The translations under genes were made by a program, and so were the position numbers. From IMG/VR virus record IMGVR_UViG_3300025699_000004: a stretch of DNA of 64,000 nucleotides; one strand, 5' to 3'. Below the pieces are notes generated by a model, which was not told the origin of the DNA, made no database searches, and worked only from the letters and a program-made list of their open reading frames with translations. This document shows positions 1-9,123 of the stretch, one piece after another (within the stretch, counting starts at the first letter, position 1; the number at the start of each line of letters is the position of its first letter). Source of the stretch: a virus.

Positions 1-555
1 ACGAGTTTCATCATCGTAGTATTCGGTGTAGTGTTTGTGTTTTGTTTTGTTATTGTGTGGAAGTTGTTGTTGTGGAATTCCAATTTTGTCGCAGATTACG
101 TTGAAGTCTTGTTGGAGGTTTTCAAATTTGCCTATAAAGTCACAACATTTTGTAGATTCGTATTGAAACCCATGAGCCCATATATTCTCGTAGTTTTGAA
201 TATATTGTTTAAAGTTGATGTCCGTTAAATCTCTTTTTTTATTTGTAAATTTTTTTTTCTCAAAACAATACCAAGACACAACTCTGTCCCAAGGATTTCT
301 TACAAATGCAAATTTAAAATAATTGCTATATGAATTGAGGAAGTTTCCAGAACGTTTACAATCACTGTGTTTGTATTTGTGTGGTTCAGTCGCATCAACT
401 CCACTTTTGCAATTTAAGTTTGTGCTATCATCACCAACTAATTTTCCAACAATTAAATTATCATCTTCAATCTTTTCAAGTACACCGTGGATTGAAGTTG
501 TACCCGTTTTCTCTGGTGCAATAAATACGAATTTATATTTTGGTGATATAATCAT
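1..555 (-). CDS. Sulfotransferase family 2-like protein (C-terminus runs off window edge; absent from ORF track)
   Basis: Manual translation from ATG 555: MIISPKYKFVFIAPEKTGTTS...FAFVRNPWDRVVSWY...DFIGKFENLQQDF...HYTEYYDDETR, open to base 1. Confidence 0.85.
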   Translation of the reverse strand, partial: MIISPKYKFVFIAPEKTGTTSIHGVLEKIEDDNLIVGKLVGDDSTNLNCKSGVDATEPHKYKHSDCKRSGNFLNSYSNYFKFAFVRNPWDRVVSWYCFEKKKFTNKKRDLTDINFKQYIQNYENIWAHGFQYESTKCCDFIGKFENLQQDFNVICDKIGIPQQQLPHNNKTKHKHYTEYYDDETR

Positions 556-561
556 TGTAAA

Positions 562-1422
562 TTATCCTTTAAATTTTAAAATTTCTGTTAAACTATCTGC
601 GCTTGCAGGTAAATTGTGAGTTTTGCATAATTTAATCGCAGTGTTAAATCCACTTGATTTCCAGTTTTCCCCAGACAAATTATTAATTTTAAATAAGTTT
701 CTTGTTTTCTTATTCTCAGTTTCATAATTTGCATTTTGGATTGTATCTTGCATAAAATTCTCAAGTTTTTTATTTAAAGTATTTTCCCAGTAGTCTTCAT
801 CTAAACAATCTTCGTAAAAAATAGTCAAACAATTTTTATGATACTTTTTCAGTGTGTTATAGTAAACTTCTTTTTCCCAATCGCATCTGATTGCATCTGC
901 TACAATTAAATTGTAGTTTAAATCTAAGGCTTTATCGGTATTATTAATTTGATTCTTATAGTGTTTATTGTTATGATACACTCCTGTTGTTTTAGCAATT
1001 TGATTGCTTGTTGCTTGTGCAATTGAATCTTTACGAACAAAGTGAATTGCTGGATATTTTAAAATTGAATTTATGCTACATTGATCGTACATTATATTTA
1101 CAAATTCATTGTCATTCAGTGAGTCGTGTGCATCATCGTAAAATTGTTCAGTTTTTTGAATAATTTTATTTGTGTCAAATACTTCAAATGCTTCGAGAGT
1201 AGATAACTTTCTCAAATAACCTTTTTCTGTAATAAATCTTGGTTTAGGTAAATAATAAGAATTCAGTTTTTTTCTTTCAATGAATGTTTTGCTTGAAATT
1301 TCTTCCCACCAATTCACATTATTTTCTTTAGATACGCGCCAACGACCAAACATTCCTGCCAGCTTTTCACAAAACCAAGTTGTTCCACTTCTTTGTGACG
1401 ATACTATAAAGAATTTTCTCAT
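562..1422 (-). CDS. Stf0-like sulfotransferase
   Basis: N-terminal PAPS-binding loop SSQRSGTTW; FVRKDSIAQATS...A.TTGVYH resembles Stf0 family. Confidence 0.7.
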   Translation of the reverse strand: MRKFFIVSSQRSGTTWFCEKLAGMFGRWRVSKENNVNWWEEISSKTFIERKKLNSYYLPKPRFITEKGYLRKLSTLEAFEVFDTNKIIQKTEQFYDDAHDSLNDNEFVNIMYDQCSINSILKYPAIHFVRKDSIAQATSNQIAKTTGVYHNNKHYKNQINNTDKALDLNYNLIVADAIRCDWEKEVYYNTLKKYHKNCLTIFYEDCLDEDYWENTLNKKLENFMQDTIQNANYETENKKTRNLFKINNLSGENWKSSGFNTAIKLCKTHNLPASADSLTEILKFKG

Positions 1423-1427
1423 TTTAT

Positions 1428-2048
1428 TTACTCTCCAAATTTATACCCAAAATATTCAATGTCTCGTGCATATTTTTCCGCAACAATTTGTTTTGTTTCT
1501 TCATCATAGTATTCGGTGTAGTGTTTATGTTTTGTTTTGTTTTTATGTGGAAGTTTTTGTCGTGGAATTCCTATTTTGTCGCATACGGTGTTGAAGTCTT
1601 CTTGGAAGTTTTCAAATCTTCCGATGAAATCAACAAGTAGCTTTCCATTATCATCGTAAAGAAACTTGTACTGATGATCCCATTGTACATGGAGTTTTGC
1701 CACGATCAAGAGGTTTATATAATCATTAAATGATGCAGATTCAGTAATACCAATGTGATCCATTAAATCAGGTCGTTTAGTTATATTGTAATTGTACTGA
1801 GAAACCATTTTTTCCCAAGGGTTTCTTACAAACGAAAATGTAAAATACTCGGAAAATATATCTCCACCAACCTCTTCTATAATGTGTGATGACATTAAAT
1901 GTTGAAGTCCTCCTGTTTGATATTTATTTGGAGACATCCAAAGGTCTTTTGTAGTACGTTTTTTCGGTTTAAATAATAAATCTTCTACACTTGTTCCACC
2001 TGTTTTCGGAATATGAATAAAAATAAATTTATGTTTGTGATTTATCAT
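1428..2048 (-). CDS. Sulfotransferase family 2-like protein
   Basis: FIHIPKTGGTS (5'-PSB) and FVRNPWEKMVSQY (3'-PB) motifs. Confidence 0.85.
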   Translation of the reverse strand: MINHKHKFIFIHIPKTGGTSVEDLLFKPKKRTTKDLWMSPNKYQTGGLQHLMSSHIIEEVGGDIFSEYFTFSFVRNPWEKMVSQYNYNITKRPDLMDHIGITESASFNDYINLLIVAKLHVQWDHQYKFLYDDNGKLLVDFIGRFENFQEDFNTVCDKIGIPRQKLPHKNKTKHKHYTEYYDEETKQIVAEKYARDIEYFGYKFGE

Positions 2049-2051
2049 TGC

Positions 2052-2624
2052 TTATACTCCAAATTTATACCCAAAATATTCAATGTCTCGTGCATATTTT
2101 TCCGCAACGATTTGCTTTGTTTCTTCATCGTAGTATTCGGTGTAATGCGGGCCTTTAATTTGATGTTCATGCTTTAATTTACACTTAGGCATTCCAGTTG
2201 AATGACATATTTTGCGAAAATCCTCCTCAATACTCTCAAATCTCCCAATAAAATCAAAGCTCTTAAAATCACCAATCATTTGTGAATATGAAAATGCATG
2301 AGGCGCATCATCAGGGTCGAACTTTTTCAAGAACTCCTTAAAAGTCATTTTTCTATAAAATTTCTTTTCACGCTTTCTGGGCCAACGAAATTTTTTATTG
2401 GTATACCATTTATACTCGGAAACATATTTATCCCAGGGATTTCTAACAAAAGTAAACTTAAAGTATTGATTGAATTTTTCAGGCCCCAACCTTTTCTCCA
2501 TTCTTTTGGCTGGTAAATGGTGATGCCCAACCCTGAAACAGTAAGGTTTTATGCATTTCTCAATAGACGTGCCTCCTGTTTTAGGAATGTGTAAAAAAAT
2601 AAATTTATAAATATCGCTGATCAT
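2052..2624 (-). CDS. Sulfotransferase family 2-like protein
   Basis: FLHIPKTGGTS, FVRNPWDKYVSEY, FIGRFE motifs. Confidence 0.85.
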   Translation of the reverse strand: MISDIYKFIFLHIPKTGGTSIEKCIKPYCFRVGHHHLPAKRMEKRLGPEKFNQYFKFTFVRNPWDKYVSEYKWYTNKKFRWPRKREKKFYRKMTFKEFLKKFDPDDAPHAFSYSQMIGDFKSFDFIGRFESIEEDFRKICHSTGMPKCKLKHEHQIKGPHYTEYYDEETKQIVAEKYARDIEYFGYKFGV

Positions 2625-2626
2625 TT

Positions 2627-3280
2627 TTACTTAATTGAAAATAATTCTGAATGCTTTTCGTTCATAAAACTTAAAACCAACTCTTCGTCATATATATTAA
2701 AAACTCGATCAACCTCTTTGAGGCATTCGATATATTTTTCTTCAAATTCCTTAATGATTTCAACGGGTAGCCTTAGCGCCCCTGCTTTTAATTTTATTTT
2801 GGGAAACTTAGCTTCCAATAACCCTCCATATGGATTTCCTGGTATTGAATGATATTTCTTTATTACCATTTTTTTTTCTAGTCCACCGTTTAGAATTTCT
2901 CCGAAACCTCTATTAAAAACACAATCTCTCCACACTATATCTTTAACTAAAGAAAGATCACTAACCCTTTTGAAAAGAAGAATCTTGCTTGTCCATATAG
3001 TAGCTAGTTTAAGATACGAAGAACTCTTTATACGCAACCCGTATTTAGTATATACATAATCCATAGATTCGCAGTATTTTGTTAAATTTTTTAAATAAGG
3101 TTTGCTTGGCAAATCTTTAAAATTTAATTTAATATTATTACTAAAATCTATTTTTTCTTCTGAGAAAAAATTATCTATATTCAACTTCTTTGCGCCTCGA
3201 AGGTGCCTGCCATTAGTTGGCTTGACGTTACCTTCTACCTTCCAGTATCCAGAGAACGTGGCTCTATTTAATATACTCAT
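2627..3280 (-). CDS. Hypothetical protein, possibly HtrL/YibB-like glycosyltransferase-related
   Basis: IWTSKILLF...VWRDC loosely matches the SK...W.D.G pattern; inside glyco operon. Confidence 0.35.
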   Translation of the reverse strand: MSILNRATFSGYWKVEGNVKPTNGRHLRGAKKLNIDNFFSEEKIDFSNNIKLNFKDLPSKPYLKNLTKYCESMDYVYTKYGLRIKSSSYLKLATIWTSKILLFKRVSDLSLVKDIVWRDCVFNRGFGEILNGGLEKKMVIKKYHSIPGNPYGGLLEAKFPKIKLKAGALRLPVEIIKEFEEKYIECLKEVDRVFNIYDEELVLSFMNEKHSELFSIK

Positions 3281-4088
3281 TAATTATGTAGTTTTTTTTA
3301 TTCAGTTGCAGATTCTTTAATATTTTCGGATTGATGTTAAAAGTTTCGTAGTCTCGTGTGCCGTGCCCTGTATCGTTCTGCCTGTAATGGTTCAGACCTA
3401 ACTCTTCTATTTTAGGATTGAACCATTTTCCGTAAGGAGCAGTTTGCGCCTTATGAGGCTGTAGTTTTGTGGTTATTGATGGCTTGTAAATATATTTTCT
3501 AAATTTATCACCTTTTGAATGAAGCATTGATTTTGATATTTCTGTAATTAATTTATCAGGGTTTAGATCTCTAGACTCAAATCTAATCTGCCTCATCCTG
3601 ACCAGTCCTACTGTATCACTCAATCCAGACAAGTATTCCTTGATATCATTTTTTCGCCCTTGATCTATTACTAGAAATTCATCCATATCTAGACTCGCAC
3701 ACCAATCGACGCCTTTTCCTCTTAATCTTGCTGCACAATGTCCGTGAGCTCGAGCTTGAGCATATTCGACTTTACCGTGTCGGTCTAATGGAGACCATTC
3801 CACAAAATGAACTCCTGGATATTTGTCTGAAATATCTTTTAAAATTGAATCAATCTGTTTTTCATTTAAAGGAACCTCCTGTTTAAAATCCCACCCGTGC
3901 TTATTTACTCTTCCAGGCTTAATATATTCATTCTTCATCCTTATCTCCCAGAAGGGTTTCGTTTGTACTTTTGAATTATCATACAGATAAAATTCATCAA
4001 AACCTAATTGCGAATGATAATCTATCCATTCTTCCAGCCATAAGATATTCTCTTTGGCGATAAAAACATTATGCATTGCCGTTTTCAT
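3264..4088 (-). CDS. Glycosyltransferase, GT92/GT2-like
   Basis: LEEWIDYH..LGFDEFYLYDN and LDMDEF (DxD) motifs. Confidence 0.75.
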   Translation of the reverse strand: MKTAMHNVFIAKENILWLEEWIDYHSQLGFDEFYLYDNSKVQTKPFWEIRMKNEYIKPGRVNKHGWDFKQEVPLNEKQIDSILKDISDKYPGVHFVEWSPLDRHGKVEYAQARAHGHCAARLRGKGVDWCASLDMDEFLVIDQGRKNDIKEYLSGLSDTVGLVRMRQIRFESRDLNPDKLITEISKSMLHSKGDKFRKYIYKPSITTKLQPHKAQTAPYGKWFNPKIEELGLNHYRQNDTGHGTRDYETFNINPKILKNLQLNKKNYIINEYIK

Positions 4089-4564
4089 TAATCTTCCTCC
4101 TGATTTACGGAAAGGGAAAATTGTTCTTCCTCTTCCTTAGATACTTTTTTCTTACTTTCAACTTTATGTATTCTCTTTCTAAGCCCAGTACTTGAAAAGT
4201 CGTGGTCTCTTGAATTATAATATATTTCTATGCTCTTTTTCAAACATATATCTTTTCCAGAAAAATCTACATCTTTGTAATCAGATCCTATAATTCTAAT
4301 GTTCACGTCGTAACACAATAAAATATCATGCAAATCTTTTTCTAAATTATATGGTATAATTTCGTCTACATATTTAACAGCAGAAAGCTGTATATAGCGC
4401 TCAACAATACTTTGAACTGGAGCATTTTTTTGAGGTCTTTCCACTTGCGGGTCAACATGCAGACCGCATACTAAATAGTCGCATTTACTTTTAGCTTCTT
4501 TTAGCATTGAAATGTGCCCAGAATGCAAAAGGTCAAAGGTTGAAAATGTTATTCCTGTTTTCAT
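4088..4564 (-). CDS. tagD: Glycerol-3-phosphate cytidylyltransferase-like (TagD family)
   Basis: TFDLLHSGH HxGH motif, ER...L.AVKYVDE, FSSTGLR. Confidence 0.8.
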   Translation of the reverse strand: MKTGITFSTFDLLHSGHISMLKEAKSKCDYLVCGLHVDPQVERPQKNAPVQSIVERYIQLSAVKYVDEIIPYNLEKDLHDILLCYDVNIRIIGSDYKDVDFSGKDICLKKSIEIYYNSRDHDFSSTGLRKRIHKVESKKKVSKEEEEQFSLSVNQEED

Positions 4565-4565
4565 G

Positions 4566-4799
4566 TTATACTATATTTTCTCCTAGGTTATTTTTAAATA
4601 ATTCCGAATCGTTCCATTTAGATTTCATCCTCATTTCGCTAATAATTTCGCAAATTATAAGTTTTTTTTCTTCGTCTAAAGTCTTAAATTTTTTCTTTGC
4701 AATTATGTATGCAGCAGAAACCTTTGAGTTGGTCGAGTCCTCTAAGTTTAACATCGCCTGAACTGTTAAAAAATCAATAATCTCGTTATCTGTACACAT
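4566..4799 (-). CDS. Hypothetical protein
   Basis: Tiles tightly in operon. Confidence 0.6.
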   Translation of the reverse strand: MCTDNEIIDFLTVQAMLNLEDSTNSKVSAAYIIAKKKFKTLDEEKKLIICEIISEMRMKSKWNDSELFKNNLGENIV

Positions 4800-4801
4800 T
4801 T

Positions 4802-5179
4802 TTAATACCCCATGTCTTCGTAATCATCCCAGTAAACAGAGCCCAATCCACAATCTCTTAACAAATTAACTCCAATGGCTCTATCTCCCCTTTTGCCTGG
4901 ATCCATATCGTTAATTAAAACTCTAGGTCCTCTTTCGATTTCCATGATTAATCTGCTATAAGGAAGGTCGTACATAGACAATTCTTTCTCGGTGTGCTCT
5001 CTTAAATACTCAGGCCTTGCTGTTGTCAGTATTACCATATGACCGTTACTTGACCAGCAGTCTAATTTTTCTTTTACTCCGTCCAGAAGTTCTGGTGTTG
5101 AAGTCTCATAAGTTTCGAACTTTCTATATTTAAATAAAGTTCCATCTATATCGCAAAATATTGTATTTTTCTTTTCCAT
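4802..5179 (-). CDS. HAD-superfamily phosphatase (EcbF/BcbF or PNKP-phosphatase-like)
   Basis: IFCDIDGTL motif I; ILTTARP motif II. Confidence 0.75.
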   Translation of the reverse strand: MEKKNTIFCDIDGTLFKYRKFETYETSTPELLDGVKEKLDCWSSNGHMVILTTARPEYLREHTEKELSMYDLPYSRLIMEIERGPRVLINDMDPGKRGDRAIGVNLLRDCGLGSVYWDDYEDMGY

Positions 5180-5228
5180 TTTAATTATTGGGTTGTTAGT
5201 GTTTGTCTCATTATTCCTTCTGTTATGC

Positions 5229-6437
5229 TCATTTTAATTTCATCTGTTCTTGAAATCTGGAATCCCAGTCTATTTCTTCTGGCGAGCTAAAATCTAAGAG
5301 AGAAAATACATAAAGTGCTAAAGCTGAAACAACGAAAACCCCTAAAACTACCCATGCTACATTTTTCCTTAGCCAACTCTCTGGCTTTTCTGGTTTAGGC
5401 TCTTCTGGTTTAGGCTCTTCTGGCAAGGGTTCTTCTGGTGTGGGCTCTTCGGGCTCAGGGTCTGGATAGGGATGTGGTATATCGGGCTCAGGTTTTTTTT
5501 CTTCTGGAAATTCTTCTTTCAGGAGTTTCTCTATATCTACAACTCCATGACCCCAGTTTTTATCTTTCCCCTTTTCCCCTTTGTCCGATGTATATCTTAA
5601 CAAATGACCTCTTATTTCTTCTACTGTCTTGCAATCATTAAGGCCTGTTTCTTTTTCTTTTTGTTTGTGCTTTGAAAGCATTAAAGCTATGATTCCAACT
5701 AAATACGGGCAAGCCATTGAAGTTCCGCTTAAAGATGCATATGCATTGTTTAAGAAGGTACTGAATATTCTATGTCCAGGAGCGGCCCAATCAACCTCTT
5801 TACCTCTAGATGAAAAATCTGCAATTTCCCCGTTCTTATCAAAAGCCGCCACCGATATTGTTTCTGGGTACGCAGCTGGATAACTAACTCCAGCGTGTCC
5901 AGAATTACCAGCCGAACAAACTATGGGTATGTTTTTCTCATAAGCTTTTATGACTGCTTCCTCTATATCTTTACTGGGCCTACTTGCCCCCAAAGACATC
6001 GAAATTATGTCTGGCTTAAAATCTATAGCCATTAATATGGCTTTAGCTACATTAGAGGAGCTACCAGAGCCGTTTCTATTAAGTGCTTTTATACAAATGC
6101 ACCTCGACTCTGGAGCTACCCCAACATATCCCTGATTATTGTCTTTTGCGCAAATAATGCCCACGCAATGAGTTTGGTGCCCGTTTAAATCTTCAATACC
6201 TTCTCCTGACACGAGATTGACTCCAGCAATCGCGTTATCTCCGATATCGTTATGATTGGGCTTACCTGTATCAATTACAACTATACTTATTCCCTTGCCT
6301 TTCGATATTTTCCAAGATTCTGGAATATTGCAATATTTCATCCCCCAGTCTAAAGACTGAGAGAGGGTCGCTGTCATTTCGTTAACTTGATAATTTGGTA
6401 TTGATACTTCTTCTTTTTCGCTTTTTTGTTTTGGCAT
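5229..6437 (-). CDS. Subtilisin-like S8 serine protease with Pro/Glu linker and C-terminal TM helix
   Basis: IDTG, NGHQTHCVGII, SAGN, GTSMACP catalytic motifs; PEEPKP repeats; hydrophobic VAWVVLGVFVVSALALYVF. Confidence 0.9.
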   Translation of the reverse strand: MPKQKSEKEEVSIPNYQVNEMTATLSQSLDWGMKYCNIPESWKISKGKGISIVVIDTGKPNHNDIGDNAIAGVNLVSGEGIEDLNGHQTHCVGIICAKDNNQGYVGVAPESRCICIKALNRNGSGSSSNVAKAILMAIDFKPDIISMSLGASRPSKDIEEAVIKAYEKNIPIVCSAGNSGHAGVSYPAAYPETISVAAFDKNGEIADFSSRGKEVDWAAPGHRIFSTFLNNAYASLSGTSMACPYLVGIIALMLSKHKQKEKETGLNDCKTVEEIRGHLLRYTSDKGEKGKDKNWGHGVVDIEKLLKEEFPEEKKPEPDIPHPYPDPEPEEPTPEEPLPEEPKPEEPKPEKPESWLRKNVAWVVLGVFVVSALALYVFSLLDFSSPEEIDWDSRFQEQMKLK

Positions 6438-6457
6438 TTTATTTTCGCAATTTTTTT

Positions 6458-7285
6458 TTACTCAGGCCTCTTCCCTAAAGGTTTTCCATCCTGACCTATT
6501 TCGCCCGCTCGTATTTTAGTAGCTGATACAGCTTGCAATTCCTTACTTAGCTCAAGTTGTTCGATATTATATCCAACTCCTCTGCCATAAAAAACGTCCA
6601 TTATGTTTGGAACTTCTATGATTTTCACTTTATCTCCGAAATCAACGCATGCAGCCATAATTTCAGCCTTGACTTTCTCAAAGCTGTAAGGGTTGCTGTC
6701 GTCCATTCCTCCTACATCTCTAAGAGCTATGCAGCACTGACCAGTTCTTTTAATTGCTTCTGCAACTAAAGTTTTATGGCCAACATGAAAAGGTTGATAT
6801 CTGCCTATTAGTAATGCGGTTGGAGCTTGGTTGTCCCATTTTTCCGTGGCATAAATATTCTCTAATGCAGTTTCGCACCATTCTTGAGGAGTGCCTTCGT
6901 TTAATATCAAATCCCTATCGTCCCACCTTTCATCTTTGGTCGGATCCTCAAAAATAGCATTCGTATCAGCATATCTACCTTCTTCGATTCTATTGACCCA
7001 AATTACATAATCGGGATTAAAAAGCTTTCTAGCATCTTCCGTGGGGCAACAAAAATCAGATACAACATATCCACCTCCTAGTGCGGACCAATCAGCCAGC
7101 TTGCCCATTCTCCTGGAATGCTCGTTTCTATCTTCTTCGGTAAACCCTAAGTCTTTATGAATTTCCTGTCTAACAGCATCAGCGTTAAACCAGACAGCGT
7201 TCAATTTAGGAACTAATAGTTCTGCCAGAGTAGTTTTACCAGACCCTGGAAGCCCCATTATTAATATTTTCCTTTTAGTTTTCAT
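6458..7285 (-). CDS. cysC: Adenylylsulfate kinase-like domain fused to HxGH nucleotidyltransferase domain
   Basis: GLPGSGKTT P-loop, NADAVR...DLGF..EDR.EH.RR; C-terminal GRYQPFHVGH and VSATKIR. Confidence 0.8.
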   Translation of the reverse strand: MKTKRKILIMGLPGSGKTTLAELLVPKLNAVWFNADAVRQEIHKDLGFTEEDRNEHSRRMGKLADWSALGGGYVVSDFCCPTEDARKLFNPDYVIWVNRIEEGRYADTNAIFEDPTKDERWDDRDLILNEGTPQEWCETALENIYATEKWDNQAPTALLIGRYQPFHVGHKTLVAEAIKRTGQCCIALRDVGGMDDSNPYSFEKVKAEIMAACVDFGDKVKIIEVPNIMDVFYGRGVGYNIEQLELSKELQAVSATKIRAGEIGQDGKPLGKRPE

Positions 7286-7397
7286 TTGTTTTTTTTATTT
7301 CCCTTTTTATTTTGTTATATTTTATCGGTTTATAATAGTATTCAATTACACCATAATATAGTGCAGCGAGAATGCCTATTATAATCAATCCGTCCAC
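7275..7397 (-). CDS. Small membrane protein (40 aa, below track cutoff)
   Basis: GTG start, MDGLIIIGILAALYYGVIEYYYKP...; overlaps cysC start by 11 nt; GTGTAA motif 8 nt upstream. Confidence 0.5.
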   Translation of the reverse strand: MDGLIIIGILAALYYGVIEYYYKPIKYNKIKREIKKTNEN

Positions 7398-7411
7398 ACT
7401 TACTATTACAC
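7398..7411 (-). promoter_or_regulatory. Class II promoter motif GTGTAA-N8-start heading the sulfation operon
   Basis: Same motif and spacing (N8-10) recur at six other gene starts. Confidence 0.55.
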
Positions 7412-7484
7412 TTTTTTTGAGTTTGTGAAAAAAAAATTTCCCATTTTATTTTTTTTCCTGTAGGGCCCCTGTATGAAATTTTTT

Positions 7485-7512
7485 TTGACTTTTAATCGCC
7501 ATGCGTTATAAT
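7485..7512 (+). promoter_or_regulatory. sigma70-type promoter for tRNA-Thr
   Basis: TTGACT-16-TATAAT, 7 nt before tRNA G1. Confidence 0.8.
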
Positions 7513-7519
7513 TACATAA

Positions 7520-7595
7520 GCCACCTTAGCTCAGTAGGTAGAGCACCTCACTTGTAATGAGGATGTCGTCGGTTCGACCCCGACAGGTGGCTCCA
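7520..7595 (+). tRNA. trnT: tRNA-Thr (UGU), CCA encoded
   Basis: Cloverleaf GCCACCT...AGGTGGC, TTCGA T-loop, anticodon TGT. Confidence 0.95.
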
Positions 7596-7600
7596 TTTAT

Positions 7601-7792
7601 ATGAAAAAACTTTATTTAATTTGGGCAAGGACTTTAGATCATCGAGTTGGTAAAAATGACGAAGATCAACCTGACGTGCCTATACTAACATTAAAAGAAG
7701 CGAGGTATAGCCTGCTAATAAGAAGTGCAATAGTAGTTCTTAATGTGGTCACATGCTTATTTATAATAGCTAATGCAATAAGACATTGGTAA
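7601..7792 (+). CDS. Small membrane protein
   Basis: ATG 6 nt after tRNA; C-terminal hydrophobic helix. Confidence 0.65.
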   Translation: MKKLYLIWARTLDHRVGKNDEDQPDVPILTLKEARYSLLIRSAIVVLNVVTCLFIIANAIRHW

Positions 7793-7819
7793 TGGCTGAA
7801 AACAAGAAAAAAATAATAC

Positions 7820-7848
7820 TTGACTTGATAACTTGAAAATGTTATAAT
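7820..7848 (+). promoter_or_regulatory. sigma70-type leaderless promoter
   Basis: TTGACT-17-TATAAT-6-ATG(7855). Confidence 0.8.
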
Positions 7849-7854
7849 GCATAA

Positions 7855-7995
7855 ATGATTATAAAATTAAAAATTATAATTTGCCTCGTGTTTCTCGGAG
7901 GATGCGCATATTCTTCAAATTCAACTTGTATTAAGGATCATTCCTGTCCCGTCTCTAAGGATCATGGCCCCTGCCCTTTTTGTGAAACAAAATGA
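7855..7995 (+). CDS. Small Cys/His-rich putative lipoprotein (46 aa, below track cutoff)
   Basis: MIIKLKIIICLVFLGGCAYSSNSTCIKDHSCPVSKDHGPCPFCETK; LGGC lipobox; ATGA overlap with next gene. Confidence 0.65.
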   Translation: MIIKLKIIICLVFLGGCAYSSNSTCIKDHSCPVSKDHGPCPFCETK

Positions 7996-8552
7996 AGAAG
8001 AAAAGAGAGTTGCAGATAGGTGATTATGTCAAGGAGACTTCTTTTGTTAGAGCGGGGCGAAGAAGAGTTGGTGAAATAGTTTCTATACGGACTGACAGCA
8101 AGTCGGACCCCATTATAGAATGTATAGAATTGTGTCCAAAAGAGCTTATCCCCTTAGAGATGGGTTTTGGTCAAATGAAGAATTTTACAAGTAAAAGAAG
8201 TAAGCTAAAACACTATATACCAAGAAAAAGTATTTTCATTAAAGAAACTTTTGAAATAGGAAAGTATGTTTCTTGCAAATCAGGAACTAATCTTAAATAT
8301 GGTAGAATATCAGCTTATAGAAATCAAGAAGAAGGGCTTTATCCTAACTCTTATAACAAAGGGGAGTATAACGGACATGACCTACTTGAGTGCATCGAAA
8401 TAAACCCGAAGGCAGGGTTGCACAGAGTTGTAAGTGATGACGGATCTCCTAAAATTTTTATTGGATATCCTGAAAGGTGCAAATTAGTAAAAGTTATAGA
8501 TACGGATCAGAACGGCAAGCCAAACTTATCACCTAAATTAGATATATCATAA
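7992..8552 (+). CDS. Hypothetical protein with internal two-fold repeat
   Basis: IGDYVK...GEIVSIR...IECIELCP and IGKYVS...GRISAYR...LECIEINP. Confidence 0.7.
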   Translation: MKKKRELQIGDYVKETSFVRAGRRRVGEIVSIRTDSKSDPIIECIELCPKELIPLEMGFGQMKNFTSKRSKLKHYIPRKSIFIKETFEIGKYVSCKSGTNLKYGRISAYRNQEEGLYPNSYNKGEYNGHDLLECIEINPKAGLHRVVSDDGSPKIFIGYPERCKLVKVIDTDQNGKPNLSPKLDIS

Positions 8553-8553
8553 A

Positions 8554-9123
8554 ATGATATCTCATTCTCATAAATTTATATTTATTCATATAAATCGCAC
8601 GGGAGGAACTAGTGTCGAGCATGCCTTATCCGCATTTGGGGGAGTTAATAAATGGGAGGATTTTAATAGGCATGATGGAGCGGGAAAAATTTCAGAAAAA
8701 CCTGAGTGGAATGATTATTTTAAATTTTCTATAGTTCGCAATCCGTGGGATAAAGAATTTTCAGACTATAAATGGCACAAAAAATTAAAACACAAAAAAG
8801 TCTCAGAATATTCAACATTTAAAGATTATCTTCTGCTCCCCGAACAAACAAAGGGCAAGGGTTTATTTAGGTGGCATTCTAATCAATATGACTGGCTTAT
8901 TTCTAAAAACGGAAAATTAGAAGTTGATTTTGTGGCTAGATTCGAAAATTTACAAGAAGATTTTTATAAAATTTGCCAAAATATAAATATAGATCCAATA
9001 AGTTTACCTCATAAAAATAAAACTAAAAAGTTAGATTATAGACAGTTCTATACAGATGAAACTTATAGTTGGGTAAAAGCAAACTACAAAAAAGACATCG
9101 ATCACTTCAATTATAAATTTTAG
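8554..9123 (+). CDS. Sulfotransferase family 2-like protein
   Basis: FIHINRTGGTS, IVRNPWDKEFSDY, FVARFENLQEDF. Confidence 0.85.
   Translation: MISHSHKFIFIHINRTGGTSVEHALSAFGGVNKWEDFNRHDGAGKISEKPEWNDYFKFSIVRNPWDKEFSDYKWHKKLKHKKVSEYSTFKDYLLLPEQTKGKGLFRWHSNQYDWLISKNGKLEVDFVARFENLQEDFYKICQNINIDPISLPHKNKTKKLDYRQFYTDETYSWVKANYKKDIDHFNYKF

Noticed and set aside
1433-2144. Diversity-generating retroelement TR/VR pair
   Set aside because: Mismatches are synonymous and not adenine-specific (T/C, A/G, T/C); both copies are coding; no reverse transcriptase in the window.
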